Below, in pieces: positions 14,138 through 27,220 of a DNA stretch of 64,000 nt (position 1 is its first letter; every line of letters starts with the position of its first letter). Under the pieces are notes generated by a model, which did not search any database, was not told where the DNA came from, and saw only the letters and a program-made list of their open reading frames with translations. Where the stretch lies: positions 28,210,001 to 28,274,000 of the forward strand of contig OX597817.1 of NCBI GenBank assembly GCA_951406725.2. The letters run 5' to 3'. This DNA comes from Octopus vulgaris (lineage: Eukaryota). The translations under genes were made by a program, and so were the position numbers.

Positions 14138-14474
14138 AAGGCGTATGGCTCAGTGGTTAGAGCGTCGAGCTTACGATCGTGAGGTTGTGAGCTCGAATCC
14201 TGGACCAGGCTGCGTGTTGTGTTCTTGAGCAAGACACTTTATTTCACGTTGCTCCAGTTCACTCAGCTGTAGAAATGAGTCTTGACGTCATAGGTGCCAG
14301 ACTGTATCGGCCCTTGCCTTTCCCTTGGATAACACCGGTGGCGTGGAGAGGGGAGACCGGTATGCGTGGGCGACTGCTGGTCTTTCATAAAAAAAACCTT
14401 GCCCGCACTTGTGCCTGGGAGGGTAACTTTCTAGGTGCAATCCCATGGTCAGTGTCGTGACGAAAGGGGTCTCA
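14138..14474 (+). mobile_element. SINE family D (tRNA head; GTGTTCTTGAGCAAGACACTT core)
   Basis: A box TGGCTCAGTGG, B-box-like GCTCGAATCC; near-identical to 41331-41666. Confidence 0.9.
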
Positions 14475-15834
14475 GACTCAGACGTCCATAACAAGTGTTA
14501 TCTCAGGATAAATACCACAGTAACTGGCCTGTTCACGATGTATATGCATTATGATATATAAATGTATATTATAATTTAATACTGCCTCAATTGCGTATAC
14601 TGTATGTATGAATATATAGACAGATATATATATCCTAACTGTTTATCTGTGTAAGCGTGTTGTTGGAGGCTTTTTAAATTGCGGTTGGAATGTTTACTTT
14701 CGTCTTTTAGAGTGACCTCAATTATATCATGATTATTATTATCCTTTTATTTTTATAGTTGTTATTGTCGTTATTACTACTACAACTACTGCTCCTCATA
14801 CTATTACTGTTCCTGTTCCTGCTGCTGCTGCTGCTGCTGCTGCTATCATCACCATTACCTTAGGGCAGTTATGAATGTCAAAGTTTAAACTTTCGAGACA
14901 ATTAATTTCCTGTATTATCTACGAGACGTCCATTCATTGGAAGAGTGTAAAAGACTGAAGGTGGGGGAGAGAGACAGACAGACAGACAGATAGATAAACA
15001 GACAGGCAAAGACACACAGACAATGACAGAGGGAGAGGAAGAGAGACAGTTTGTCATCAACAGAACAATAAGAAGTACGAAGACAAAGAAGAAAGAGGTG
15101 TGAAAAGAGGGAAACAATCAACTGTATGATTTATTTTACACAAAACAATGTATAACGCTGTAATGAATCAATTATAGTCAGCGGTCAAACTACGGTACAT
15201 GGTTTTTATATTGGTCAAGCTGTTACTTGTACTTATTACCACTATAACTAAATTTGCATTTTTTATTGGAATTCATTCTTGTAATTGTTTTAATTTGAAA
15301 TTTTGCTCTCTATTTACAAAAGTTTCCTTCGGAAATTTGAGCCAATAATTTAGTTCAATTGAGACGGTTTACAGTAAAAGAAAACAAAGAGAATAGTATC
15401 ACTTCTTTTACGTTATATGGTATCGTTTTCTTAAGACTTCAAGAACAAATTTTATCGATGACGGCGGTAACATTAATTCATTCAATCGATCTTCGAGACA
15501 TCCAACAAACTACATAACTCTTACAAAACAAGCGTTACGACATCTCGTTACTTGACTATAGAGATTATAGAAAGAAAGTAAAATAGTACAGCCTTTCTTC
15601 CATAACCATTCCGTCTTTAGCTTCATATAGATGGCTTGGGTTAACATCGTTTGTTTCCATTGCTTACTTGCCTGGTGGAATATATGTAAAGATGAAAGCT
15701 AGTCAAAGATAAGAATCTTCTGCACTACAAAGTCTATGGTTCATTTATCGTACGCCTGTATGTGACTTTTTCTTTCGTTCTCTCTTTCTTTGCGCGTACA
15801 CACACACAGGGATAAACAGATAGATAGATATATC

Positions 15835-15874
<40 letters not shown>

Positions 15875-16122
15875 CATACATACATATATATATATATATA
15901 TCAAAAGCAATCGTTTATACTCAACTTAACGCAGATGTTTAGTTGGAACATCGAATACTGCGTTATTTGCCAAGAGAGAATCTCTCAGACGCACCACGAG
16001 TTCACATAAAAGGTTCTCTCTAGTTAAATAACGCAGTATCCGGTGTTCTACCAAAACATTCACGTTAACTTGGGCATAAAGATTACCTTTTAGTGTCATT
16101 ACTGCTTGTGTCACTATTAATT

Positions 16123-16157
<35 letters not shown>

Positions 16158-16436
16158 AAACAAGAAAGTAAATTTCGAAAGCAGTAAATCTGTAAGAACA
16201 GCAGTGAAAGAATGGGTATTTATCCTTATACGACGGGAAAATATTACCAACAGGCGACTATGGGAGTTAAAGCTGTACCTTTCAGATACAGTTTGAGTGC
16301 CCCACCATTAAGCCAAACGGCTCCTGGAACGGTTACCGTCAATTTTTTTTATGTTAAATCATAGCTTTTATAAATACACACAAACACACACATACATACA
16401 CATATGCATGTACGTATGTATGTATGTATGTATGTA

Positions 16437-16668
16437 TGTCGGGCAGGATTCATGACCGACGAACTGTAGATAGGAACTTTGCTGCGGGCTAGCTAGGAAG
16501 TTGGTCAGCAACGAATGGGACTTCCGTTTGGGAGAGGAAAAAATGTTAGCAGTGAGCGTTAAACGAATCTGAATTAACTCAACAGATATCACTGGCGACT
16601 TAAGCCCTGATGTATGTAAAGCAATAAACCTTTGATAAATATATTCCAGTCTTGCGAATAGCTTAATA
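16437..16668 (+). mobile_element. Possible solo LTR
   Basis: Begins TGT, has AATAAA near the 3' end, sits between microsatellites; terminal CA and TSD not clear. Confidence 0.25.
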
Positions 16669-16685
16669 TATATATATATATATAC

Positions 16686-17016
16686 TTAGTCGAAAGATAC
16701 CTGTTGTTATGTCCTGTTATTTGTATTTGTGTAACATTTCTCTGTTATTTTCTGTCCTTGTTTTCGTATACATTCGCTGCTTTCTTCCAAGTAATCTAAT
16801 GCTCTTAGATTAGTTTTTCCTTGGGGCTGGCCAGATTGCAGCAATCTCGAATATAACCAGCCGAAATTGCAAAGATAATGTGGAACTCGACTGAGGAAAG
16901 AAAACTCCGAATGACCCAACCTTGTTTTCTTTGTATCGTCTGTCTGGATGTTTTATTGGCCCCTTTTTTGTATCACCTAACTGTCTGGATGTTTTGCGTT
17001 CTTGTTCCAGTTTTGG

Positions 17017-17020
<4 letters not shown>
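16686..17020 (+). mobile_element. Penelope-like short terminal repeat between (TA)n tracts
   Basis: Same layout as 33810-34035 and 36120-36370; GGCTGG...CCAGCC-GAAA stem resembles a decayed hammerhead. Confidence 0.4.
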
Positions 17021-17072
<52 letters not shown>

Positions 17073-17099
17073 TCTGTTCACCATTAAACACGTAAATAC

Positions 17100-19010
17100 A
17101 GTAACATCCGAAATTGAGAATTCAAGGATCCTAAGAAACTGGTCAGTCGAAGCAAAGTTGATCAGCCATACAAACTATATTTGTACTACCGCTACTACGC
17201 ACCTCTTCCATTACAGCAACACACTTCCGCCGCACTCGAAAACAGTGTGATTAACAACTACGAACACGACCGCAACTGTCATTTCTACGGCAGCCGAAAG
17301 ATCCATCACCACCGAAAGCTGTAACAGTAGCAACACCGTAGGCAACAAAACGTATAAACAGATAGTTAAACCAACAGTATCTTTTGCTAAAGCAGCTCGT
17401 GTCACAGAAAGACTTATGCTGCAGAGAGAAATAACTGAAGAAGGAAAATCGATACACCACTGGAGCAAAAAGAAAGTAAATCTAACGGTACCTAGTTACG
17501 TCATCGACTAAACTAATCGATTCACGGTGATTTTCCGCAGCATGGGTGTCGAGAGTCGATGGGTTGAAGGATCAACCAAGAACAGGCAAAAAAGGTATCT
17601 GGAGCCTTTAGGGAAACAAAAAAACATACTACACGCGAGACAAGCAATGTACTACAAATGATATCAGATTTGGGTCTGAATACAAATTAAAATTAAGGAG
17701 TACATCATCCCGTGACATATGGCTAAACGTGATGTAATAGTGAAGGTGGTGAACAAACAACCAGAAATTTATCTTGGAAGCTGGTTGTGGTTGCCTTGTC
17801 AGATGATGAAGATGAAGAAGTCTCGGGGAGTCCATCAGATGCATCAACAAAAGCGGTCGGATATAGGCAAGCGGTTTTCATTCCGATTGAATCCAGAGAA
17901 GTTCGAAGCCATCCTCGACGTAATCGAATGGCCAAATTGCACCAGTTGGATAGTGACGGTACAGAGAAGGAGGCAACGATATCAAATTAATGGCGCGATA
18001 AACCATCTAAGGGGTTACTGACCATTGGCAGATAGCAAATGAGAGAAGGCCCACATTACTGCTAATTCCACGTGAGAAACAAGAACAGCAACAGCTACAA
18101 CATGACAATAAACAGCAGTGGCCGTGGAAGTAGCCTCAGTAGCAACAACAGGAGCAGAAACAGCAGCCAAATCAGTAAATGAACCCACATGACCACAAGA
18201 ACAACAAGAACAACATTACTAATATCAGTAACAGAATCTCCCAACCCAACATGGCACCGCAAAATATACTCCTCTTCGCTAAGATAATCATATAAGTCAT
18301 ACAAGGAGGACGACACAGATTGAAAATGGAAAACTTTTTCCGTAAGATGAGAGAGAAAGAAGACGAAATTCTTTTTTAAATCTTTCCTCACAGAGACTTG
18401 AAGTGAGTACGAACCAACACCAACTCCAACATCATTTGCATCATCAGAGACAACGCCAACACTGCAAATTTGCCCAATCTAATGGAAGCACTCCGTCGGT
18501 TACGACGACGAGGGTTCCGGTTGATCCGAATCAACGGAACAGCCTGCTCGTGAAATTAACGTGTTAGTGGCTGAGCACTCCACAGACACGTGCACCCTTA
18601 ACGTAGTTCTCGGGGATATTCAGCGTGACACAGAGGGTGACAAGGCCGGCCCTTTGAAATACAGGTACAACAGAAACAGGAAGTAAGAGTGAGAGAAAGT
18701 TGTGGTGAAAGAGTACAGCAGGGATCACCACAATCCCCTGCCGGAGCCTCGGGGAGCTTTAGGTGTTTTCGCCCAATAAACACTCACAACGCCCGGTCTG
18801 GGAATCGAAACCGCGATCCTACGACTGCGAGTCCGCTGCCCTAACCACTGGGCCATTGCGCCTCCACGCTGTCCAATCTATACCCCCAAACAACAAAAAC
18901 AACCCAAAGAGATATAAATTAGGCTGTCATAGACATAACCAACAAAGAATTAATGAACTAAATGAACTATATACATCAACATACAAACATTGCACACAAT
19001 GATTACACCA
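17100..19010 (+). mobile_element. Decayed ORF1-like (gag-like) region of a Tx1/L1-type LINE, interrupted by a SINE C
   Basis: SFAKAA motif; IEWPNCTSWIVTVQRRRQRYQINGAINHLRGY resembles a degenerate zinc-knuckle context; many frameshifts. Confidence 0.45.
18483..18867 (-). mobile_element. SINE family C
   Basis: Reverse complement of 23704-24092; TSD TG[C/T]CCAATCTA. Confidence 0.92.
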
Positions 19011-19243
19011 CACCACATACAAATGTTAACAAAAACGGCGTTGGGTTGATACGGAGCGAAAAGAAACGAATGATAAGTGGCGTGAGTAGTGAACTGTAAT
19101 GTCGTAATGAAAACAGAGAGGGAATCAACGTAGGGCGAAAGTTGATAACGTATCAAGGTTAGTGTAAAAGGGAGGTGACGAAGGTCAGGTCAAATAAAAT
19201 GAGTGATAATTAAGAAAGACTAACAAAGGGGAGCGAAAAGTAT

Positions 19244-19402
19244 ACGCAGGAGTGGCTGTGTGGTAAGTAGCTTGCTAACCAACCGCATGGTTCCGGGTCC
19301 AGTCCCACTGCGTGGCACCTTGGGCAAGTGTCTTCTGCTATAGCCCCGGGCCGACCAATGCCTTCTGAGTGGATTTGGTAGACGGAAACTGAAAGAAGCC
19401 CG

Positions 19403-19444
<42 letters not shown>

Positions 19445-19688
19445 GGTGTGGGTGTATGTTTGTATGTCGGTGTTTGTCTCCTTAGCATTGCTTGACAACC
19501 GATGCTGGTGTGTTTACGTCCCCGTTACTTTGCGGTTCGGAACAACATCACTAATAGAGACCGATAGAATAAGTACTGGGCTTACAAAAAAATAAGTCCT
19601 GGGGTCGAGTTGCTCGATTAAAGGCGGTGCTCCAGCATGGCCGCAGTCAAATGACTGAAACAAGTAAAAGAGTAAAAGAGTAAAGAGT
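19244..19688 (+). mobile_element. SINE family B (tRNA head, internal TA/TG microsatellite, (GTAAAAGA)n tail)
   Basis: GGAGTGGCTGTGTGGTAAG head, CCTTGGGCAAG core; many copies in the window. Confidence 0.92.
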
Positions 19689-19986
19689 ATAATAACGCGC
19701 ACGCGCACACATACACAAATCTACAGTAATGTAGATTCACTCTGAAATAGAGAGGAAAGGAGAGGATAAAGGAAACAATAGAACATTGTTTAAGAATTGT
19801 ATATGGACAGTGAATAGGGGACAGAATTACGACGAAAAAATACCTGATGTCCGGAATGGAGATCAGTTAAAGACGAACAGAAATGTATAGTAATCTCTAA
19901 TCCGTCTACATGTGCTCATATATGCCGTGCTAAGTATACACTGCCATATGCGCAGTTTATGCATACAACTGCACACAACAGGCACG

Positions 19987-20119
19987 TTACCAACCACATG
20001 GTTCCGGGTTCAGTTCCACTGCGTGACACCTTGGGCAAGTGTCTTCTACTATAGCCTCGGGCCGACCAAAGCCTTGTGAGTGGATTTGATAGACGGAAAC
20101 TGAAAAGAAGCCCGTCGTA

Positions 20120-20169
<50 letters not shown>

Positions 20170-20392
20170 TGTGTGTGTTTTGTGTGTCTGTGTTTGTCCC
20201 CCTAGCATTGCTTGACAACCGATGCTGGTGTGTTTATGTCCCCGTAACATAGCGGTTCAGCAAAAGAGACCGATAGAATAAGTACTAGGCTTACAAAGAA
20301 TAAGTCCTGGGGTCGATTTGCTCGACTAAAAAGGTGGTGCTCCAGCATGGCCACAGTCAAATGACTGAAACAAGTAAAAGAGAGTAAAGAGT
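19987..20392 (+). mobile_element. SINE family B, 5'-truncated
   Basis: Homology to 19244-19688. Confidence 0.9.
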
Positions 20393-20741
20393 GAGGAAAC
20401 TTTGTTGCTTTTGAGTTCTAGATCGAGCCTGTTCGAACAGTCCTTTAATCAAAGGCGTTCGAATGTAAATTACCTCCCTTTTTCTTTTGCTTTCTTTTTT
20501 ACATGGTTATGTAAAAAAAAAAACATTATTCAAAGGAGTCTTCCGTATTGGAGGCAGTGGGTGTTAATGGAGGTATTTTGGGGCGCTATTTCTGACAACT
20601 CGAATGACCGTACACAGACTCCTTCCTTTGGTTAGAGGGAGATCTGTGTTCCTAGTACAGTGTTTCGTTGGCTGGTCGAAACACTCGCTGTTGCTATTCT
20701 TCTTGCAATTGTCTATTCCTCAGAACATTATCTACGTAAAA

Positions 20742-21135
20742 GTGGAAGCGCAATGGCCCAGTGGTTAGGGCAGCGGACTCGCGGTCGTAGGATCGCGGTT
20801 TCGATTCCCAGACCGGGCGTTGTGAGTGTTTATTGAGCGAAAACACCTAAAAAGCTCCACGAGGCTCCGGCAGGGGATGGTGGTGATCCCTGCTGTACTC
20901 TTTCACCACAACTTTCTCTCACTCTTACTTCATGTTTCTGTTGTACCTGTATTTCAAGGGACCGGCCTTGTCACTGTCTGTGTCACGCTGAATATCCCCG
21001 AGAACTACGTTAAGGGTGCACGTGTCTGTGGAGTGCTCAGCCACTTACACGTTAATTTCACGAGTGGGCTGTTCCGTTGATTCGGATCAACCGGAACCCT
21101 CATCGTCGTAACCGACGGAGTGCTTCCATTCCATC
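20742..21135 (+). mobile_element. SINE family C
   Basis: A box TGGCCCAGTGG, B-box-like TTTCGATTCC; TSD ATCTACGTAAA. Confidence 0.92.
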
Positions 21136-21834
21136 CATCTACGTAAAGAAAAGAAAAATAACTATATTTGGAAAGTGAAACAGGATCACGGAAATTGCTT
21201 GCTTGCAGTTTAATTCGTACTGTCGCAAATAGCGCATATAATTATGAACAGACTGAAGACGTCTTCCTCATATATCATCAAACTCGACGTTTTATGACTG
21301 GCTAAACGTCGTAATCTTCAATTATAATTATCAATTATAATTATCTATTTCTTCTGATTAAAGCATGGGGCCTCCTATTTCTATGGAGAACCGAATGTCT
21401 CATTTAAATCTTTTCAGAGAACATTAGTAACTTACGCGAAGTGAAATAGCTTTAACTAGAAATTAAAACCTTATCGCAGAATTGGCAACATTCTCTATCT
21501 TCGACGACCCTGTTTTATTATATTTAATTTAGAAATGTTCAATGCCTCAGATTTATAGAGTTGAAGGAATGTATCACTGCGACAATAATGCTTTTCTTGA
21601 AGACGGTAGTAGTAAAGTAAATTGCTTTGTTTTCATTTTTGTCTTTGCTTATGTTTTTATTTTATTTCTTTGTTCTTTATACTTCAAACGATAGCGAAAG
21701 CTCATCACATCTTATCGATAGTACAACTCTTTTCATAGAGTTAGCTTATTGTTATAAATAAATTAGGTAAGCAATTCACACGTATTATAGAACATCTCAC
21801 TTAGATACTCTGAGATGCTCTATAATAGTGAGAT

Positions 21835-22068
21835 GGCGGCGAGCTGGCAGACACGTTAGCGCGCCGGGCGAAATGCTTCGCGGTATTTCGTCTGTCGTTA
21901 CGTTCTGAGTTCAAATTCCGCCGAGGTCAACTTTGCCTTTCATCCTTTCGGAGTCGATAAATAAAGTACCAGTTTCGCACTGGGGGGGGCGGTATAATCG
22001 ACTCAATCCCTTCGTCTGTCCTTGTTTGTCCCCTCTATGTTTAGCCCCTTGTGGGCAGTAAAGAAATA
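21835..22068 (+). mobile_element. SINE family A
   Basis: Full length; TSD TATAATAGTGAGATG. Confidence 0.92.
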
Positions 22069-22731
22069 TATAATAGTGAGATGCTCATTAATTATTTAGA
22101 TCAAATCCTGCCGAGATACTTCCGTCTTTCATAACATTAAAATCTATGAAATAAGCAACTGTAATATACTGAGGTAGATTCGATCAGCAATATTCCCTGC
22201 AAATATTGTCCCTCATCTAATTTTTTTAAAATTACCGTTAAAAGACATTAAAATAGTGAAACCAGGAAAACACCAAACTAAATAACATACATGAATTTGT
22301 TTCCTTCCCGTTTTGAGTTTAAATCCGAGACTAATTTAATTTATAAAAGTGATTCAGAGAAAAAAGTAGTGCTATCAGAATCCAATGAACCCTACCCGCT
22401 TTTCACCGTGCATGAATTTTGGTATTTTTAGTTTGGGTAGTGAACTTGATCCGTCAGCCTCTTTGACAACATCACTTTTATTTGGTTACCTTTTACAAGG
22501 ATCACTCTGTTGGAAGCATTCAAACCAGATGTCTGGTATGAAGGTAACCCATTACATATGATTTCTGTCTTCTTTTGCCCGTCTCGATCATGGCCACCTC
22601 TGCTTCTCCTCTAACTAAGCTATACATTTTTTTACGAAAATTATTAACTGTTTTGCCACCGCGGGCCATCTCTAGCTTCCTCGAATTGCAATGTAATTTA
22701 ATTTTTTTATACATCTACTTTAGTTTAGTTT

Positions 22732-22985
22732 GTGGAGGTGCGTGGCTTAGTGCTTAGGGTAACAACATCATGATCGTAAGATTGTGGTTTCGATTCCTGG
22801 ACCGGGCGACGCGTTGTGTTCTTGAGCAAAACACTTCATTTCACGTTGCTCCAGTCCACTCAACTGGCAAAAATGAGTAACGCTGCGATGGACTGGCATC
22901 CCGCCCTGCTGGGGAGCACCTACGCCATTGAAACCGGAAAACCGGGCTCATGAGCCTGGCTAGGCTTTAAAAGGGTGCATTTATT
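22732..22985 (+). mobile_element. SINE related to family D, with a different tail
   Basis: tRNA-like head plus GTGTTCTTGAGCAAAACACTT core; degenerate relative at 29910-30130. Confidence 0.8.
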
Positions 22986-23124
22986 ATTTTTTTTTTTAGT
23001 TTAGTTTATTAGGTTTATTACATCATCATCATATGGCGTAGATTCAATTAAATGCAACCCTTCCTTAGCAAAAATTAGCCTTGTACAGAATCATCATAAT
23101 AAAAATAATTCTGAACAATTACAT

Positions 23125-23536
23125 AGGCGCAGGAGTGGCTGTGTGGTAAGTAGCTTGCTAATCAACCACATGGTTCCGGGTTCAGTCCCACTGCGTGGCA
23201 TCTTGGGCAAGTGTCTTCTGCTATAGCCCCGGGCTGACCAATGCCTTGTGAGTGAATTTGGTAGACGGAAACTGAAAGAAGCCTGTCGTATATATGTATA
23301 TATATATATATATTTATGTGTATGTGTGTGTGTTTGTGTGTGTTTGTTTGTCCCCCTAGCATTGCTTGACAACCGATGCTGGTGTGTTTATGTCCCCGTC
23401 ACTTAGCTGTTCGGCAAAAAGAGACCGATAGAATAAGTACTGGGCTTACAAAGAATAAGTCCCGGGGTAGATTTGCTCGAATAAAGGCGGTGCTCCAGCA
23501 TGGCCGCAGTCGAATGACTGAAACAAGTAAAAGAGT
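23125..23536 (+). mobile_element. SINE family B
   Basis: Full-length copy. Confidence 0.92.
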
Positions 23537-23703
23537 CATATTTAGCAAAGAAAAGACGGCAGTTTGACTTAAGCAGTAGAGCGCCGGACGAAATACTTAG
23601 CAAACTTTAATTATGCTCTATGTTTCATGATGAAATTTAACTACGGCAATTATCTATCTGAAACTGATCAAATATGTATCCTTGAAGACCTATGTACCAG
23701 TAA

Positions 23704-24092
23704 GTGGAGGCGCAATGGCCCAGTGGTTAGGGCAGCGGACTCGCGGTCATAGGATCGCGGTTTCGATTCCCAGACTGGGCGTTGTGAGTGTTTATTGAGC
23801 GAAAACACCTAAAGCCCCACGAGGCTCCGGCAGGGGATGGTGGTGATCCCTGCTGTACTCTTTCACCACAACTTTTCTCACTCTTACTTCCTGTTTCTGT
23901 TGTACCTGTATTTCAAAGGGCCGGCCTTGTCACTCTCTGTGTCACGCTGAATATCCCCGAGAACTACGTTAAGGGTGCACGTGTCTGTGGAGTGCTCAGC
24001 CACTTACACGTTAATTTCACGAGCAGGCTGTTCCGTTGATTCGGATCAACCGGAACCCTCGTCGTCGTAACCGACGAAGTGCTTCCAACAAC
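23704..24092 (+). mobile_element. SINE family C
   Basis: Full length; TSD ATGTACCAGTAA. Confidence 0.92.
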
Positions 24093-24809
24093 CATGTACC
24101 AGTAAATATCGGAATAAATTCAATTGACCATATACTTCTTCAACAAAGGCTGTATTTATGCCTAGAAAAAAAAGAAATCTTATTTATTGAAACTGTATCA
24201 TCAATAAATAAATTAGAAAAAGTTTTCATGAGCAGAAGGTTTCACCAACAAATGTCTGCAGGGTTGATTGATTTGATTTTTTTATTTATTTATTTATTTA
24301 TTCACTTGTTCTATTCACTCTTTATATATTTATTAGGTTGGAAGTGGGTCAAATTAGTTCTTTGTATCGTCTGTAGAGTATATAGTTTCACTAAGAGATC
24401 ATCATTTTGTAGAATTGGTCTCTTAAACAGATTTGTTTTTGTTTAAGACTGCAATTATCTGACGTGATAGCCAATCGACCGAAATATGGCCCACTGCCAA
24501 TGAGAAAATTTCTGTCAAATTTTTGGCTGACTACATTCATATGTTTTTGCAATCTGTTACCACCGATGCTGTTATATCTACTGCGACAGCTACTGCAAAT
24601 ATTTCTCCTATTGCTTACAGCCGATAATGATGATGATGATGTTGATATTGCAATTTACTTGGCATTAAACACATTTTTGTAGGCGAACGGGATAAATAAT
24701 AATAATGATTTCCAAATTAGGCACAAGGCCAAATATTTCGGTGGATGAGTATAGTCGATCACAACAACCTTAGTACTTGACTAACACTTACATTATTTGC
24801 AAAATATTC

Positions 24810-24839
<30 letters not shown>

Positions 24840-24841
<2 letters not shown>

Positions 24842-25248
24842 CTTGTACTCTTTTACTTGTTTCAGTCATTTGACTGTGGCCATGCTGGAGCACCGCCTTT
24901 TAGTCGAGCAAATCGACCCCAGGACTTATTCTTTGTAAGCCTAGTACTTATTCTATCCGTCTCTTTTGCCGAACCGCTAAGTTACGGGGACGTAAACATA
25001 CCAGCATCAGTTGTCAAGTGATGTTGGGGGAGGGGACAAGCACAGACACACAAACACACACATATATATACATATACATATATACGACGGGCTTCTTTCA
25101 GTTTCCGTCTACCAAATCCACTCACAAGGCTTCGGTCTGCCTGAGGCTATAGTAGAAGACACTTGCCCAAGGTGCCACGTAGTGGGACTGAACCCGGAAC
25201 AATGTGGTTGGTAAGCAACCTACTTACCACACAGCCACTCCTACGCCT
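24840..25248 (-). mobile_element. SINE family B
   Basis: Full-length reverse copy within a (TAA)n tract. Confidence 0.92.
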
Positions 25249-25319
25249 ATATAATAATAATAATAATAATAATAATGATAATAATAATAATAATAATAAT
25301 ATGAACTGCTCTCTCACTC

Positions 25320-25349
<30 letters not shown>

Positions 25350-25352
<3 letters not shown>

Positions 25353-25510
25353 CCTTTCTACTATCGGCACAATTTTGGAGAGGGGAGTAGTCGATTACAT
25401 CGACCCTAGTGTTTCACTGGTTCTTAATTTATCGACCCCAAAGGGATAAAAGGCAAAGTCGACCTTGGCTGAATTTGAAATCAAAAATAAAGACGGACGA
25501 AATGCCGCTA
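25350..25510 (-). mobile_element. Older family A-related SINE with an alternative tail
   Basis: Nin-type core on the minus strand; similar decayed copies at 26585-26735, 30500-30860, 46770-46962, 54930-55080, 60533-60890, 61000-61170 and 61705-61875. Confidence 0.75.
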
Positions 25511-25523
25511 AATAAAGTACACA

Positions 25524-25900
25524 TCTTTATATATAAAAGTAAGGTTGTGTGTCTGTCTCCTACGATTTAGATTCCTAACTACTCCCACGTTTTGCGGTGC
25601 GGTTTAACCAAAACCGGGTATCTTATAGTCGTGATTCCTATCGAGCCCTTCTGGGTATTAGCGCGCGTCTACGATGAGTCTACAATTTAAAAAAAAATTT
25701 ACCATCATTTTTTTCCATTTGAATGCATTTTTTTCGCTATTATATAAGGGAAGTAACTCTCTAAAAATGTCTACGATGAGTCAACGATTTTAAAAAAAAT
25801 TACCATCATTTTTTTCCATTTTTAATGCATTTTTTTGCTATTTTTTGGCTATATAGTTATTTCCCTTACAAACCCGAGCAACGCCGGGCGATACAGCTAG
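25524..25900 (+). mobile_element. Non-autonomous Helitron
   Basis: A|TC...CCCGAGCAACGCCGGG hairpin...CTAG|T; no TSD; internal tandem subrepeat; near-identical to 59605-60001. Confidence 0.88.
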
Positions 25901-26174
25901 TAGTATATAAATAAACATATGAATATACAGTGGACTTGAGGCAGATCATCCCACCCATACAAACCCATCTAAAGTCAGCCCACACAAATGTAAACCGCAA
26001 ATAATTTAATCATTCTTTATTCCCTCATCCACACCCTAGTTGGCATTCTGCTCCAGTTGGGGTAGAATTCAGAAAGGATTGCTAACTTTTGTTGCGATAA
26101 ACATATCTATCTACTTTAGCCAGTGTATTGAGTTCAATATTAGATAACGTTTGCACTATGTAAAATATCCATAT

Positions 26175-26566
26175 TGTTTTTTTACTTGTTTCAGTCATTT
26201 GACTACGGCCATGCTGGAGCACCGCATTTGATCGAGCAACTCGACCCCGGGACTTATTCTTTGTAAGCCCAGTACTTATTCTATCAGTCTCTTTTGCCAA
26301 ACCGCTAAGTGACGGGGACATAAACACACCAGCATCGGTTGTCAAGCAATGCTAGGGGGACAAAACAGACACACAAACACACACACATACACATATATAT
26401 ATACATATATACGACGGGTTTCTTTCAGTTTCCGTCTACCAAATCCACTCACAAGGCTTTGGTCGGCCCGAGGCTATAGTAGAAGACACATGCCCAAGTT
26501 GCCATGCAGTGGGACTGAACCCGGAACCATGTGGTTGGTAAACAAGCTACTTACCACACAGCCCTC
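26175..26566 (-). mobile_element. SINE family B
   Basis: Reverse copy. Confidence 0.9.
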
Positions 26567-26856
26567 CTGATTCTTTACACCTGTTTATGTCCTGAGTTCA
26601 AATTCCGCAGAGGTGGACTCCACCTTTCATCTTTTCATGACCGATAAAATAAGTACCAATTCAGGACTGGGGTCGATGTAATCAACTTACTCCTCACCAT
26701 GAAATCGCTAGCCCTATACCAATATTTGAAACCAAAACATTTTACAACTCTTACGATATACTATACATATACATACGCGTACACACGCGCGCGCGCACAC
26801 ATATCCAACATACATACTTATGCATTTAAAAAGTACGAAAAGCCGACAACCCTTAC

Positions 26857-27006
26857 GTGTGTGCGCGCGTATATGCACGTGTGCGTGTGTGCGCGCGTAT
26901 ATGCACGTGTGCGTGTGTGCGCGCGTATATGCACGTGTGCGTGTGTGCGCGCGTATATGCACGTGTGCGTGTGTGCGCGCGTATATGCACGTGTGCGTGT
27001 GCGCGC
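26857..27006. repeat. 28-bp minisatellite (GTGTGTGCGCGCGTATATGCACGTGTGC), about 5 units
   Basis: Perfect tandem units. Confidence 0.95.
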
Positions 27007-27072
27007 CTGTATGTGTGTATGTGTATGCGTTGCTTGGGGATGTATGAGCACTACCTACGACAACTACAAGCT

Positions 27073-27189
27073 GTAGTAGTAGTAGTATTAGTAGTGGTAG
27101 TAGTGGTGGTAGTGGTGGTAGTGGTGATAATAGTAGTGATAGTAGTAGTGATAGTAGTAGTGATAGTAGTGGTAGTAGTAGTGGCAGTG

Positions 27190-27220
<31 letters not shown>

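Noticed and set aside
20742-20820. tRNA genes at SINE heads (also 14138, 23704, 41331, 63848-63991)
   Set aside because: Cloverleafs are imperfect and run directly into SINE bodies, often with TSDs; these are SINE promoters rather than tRNA genes
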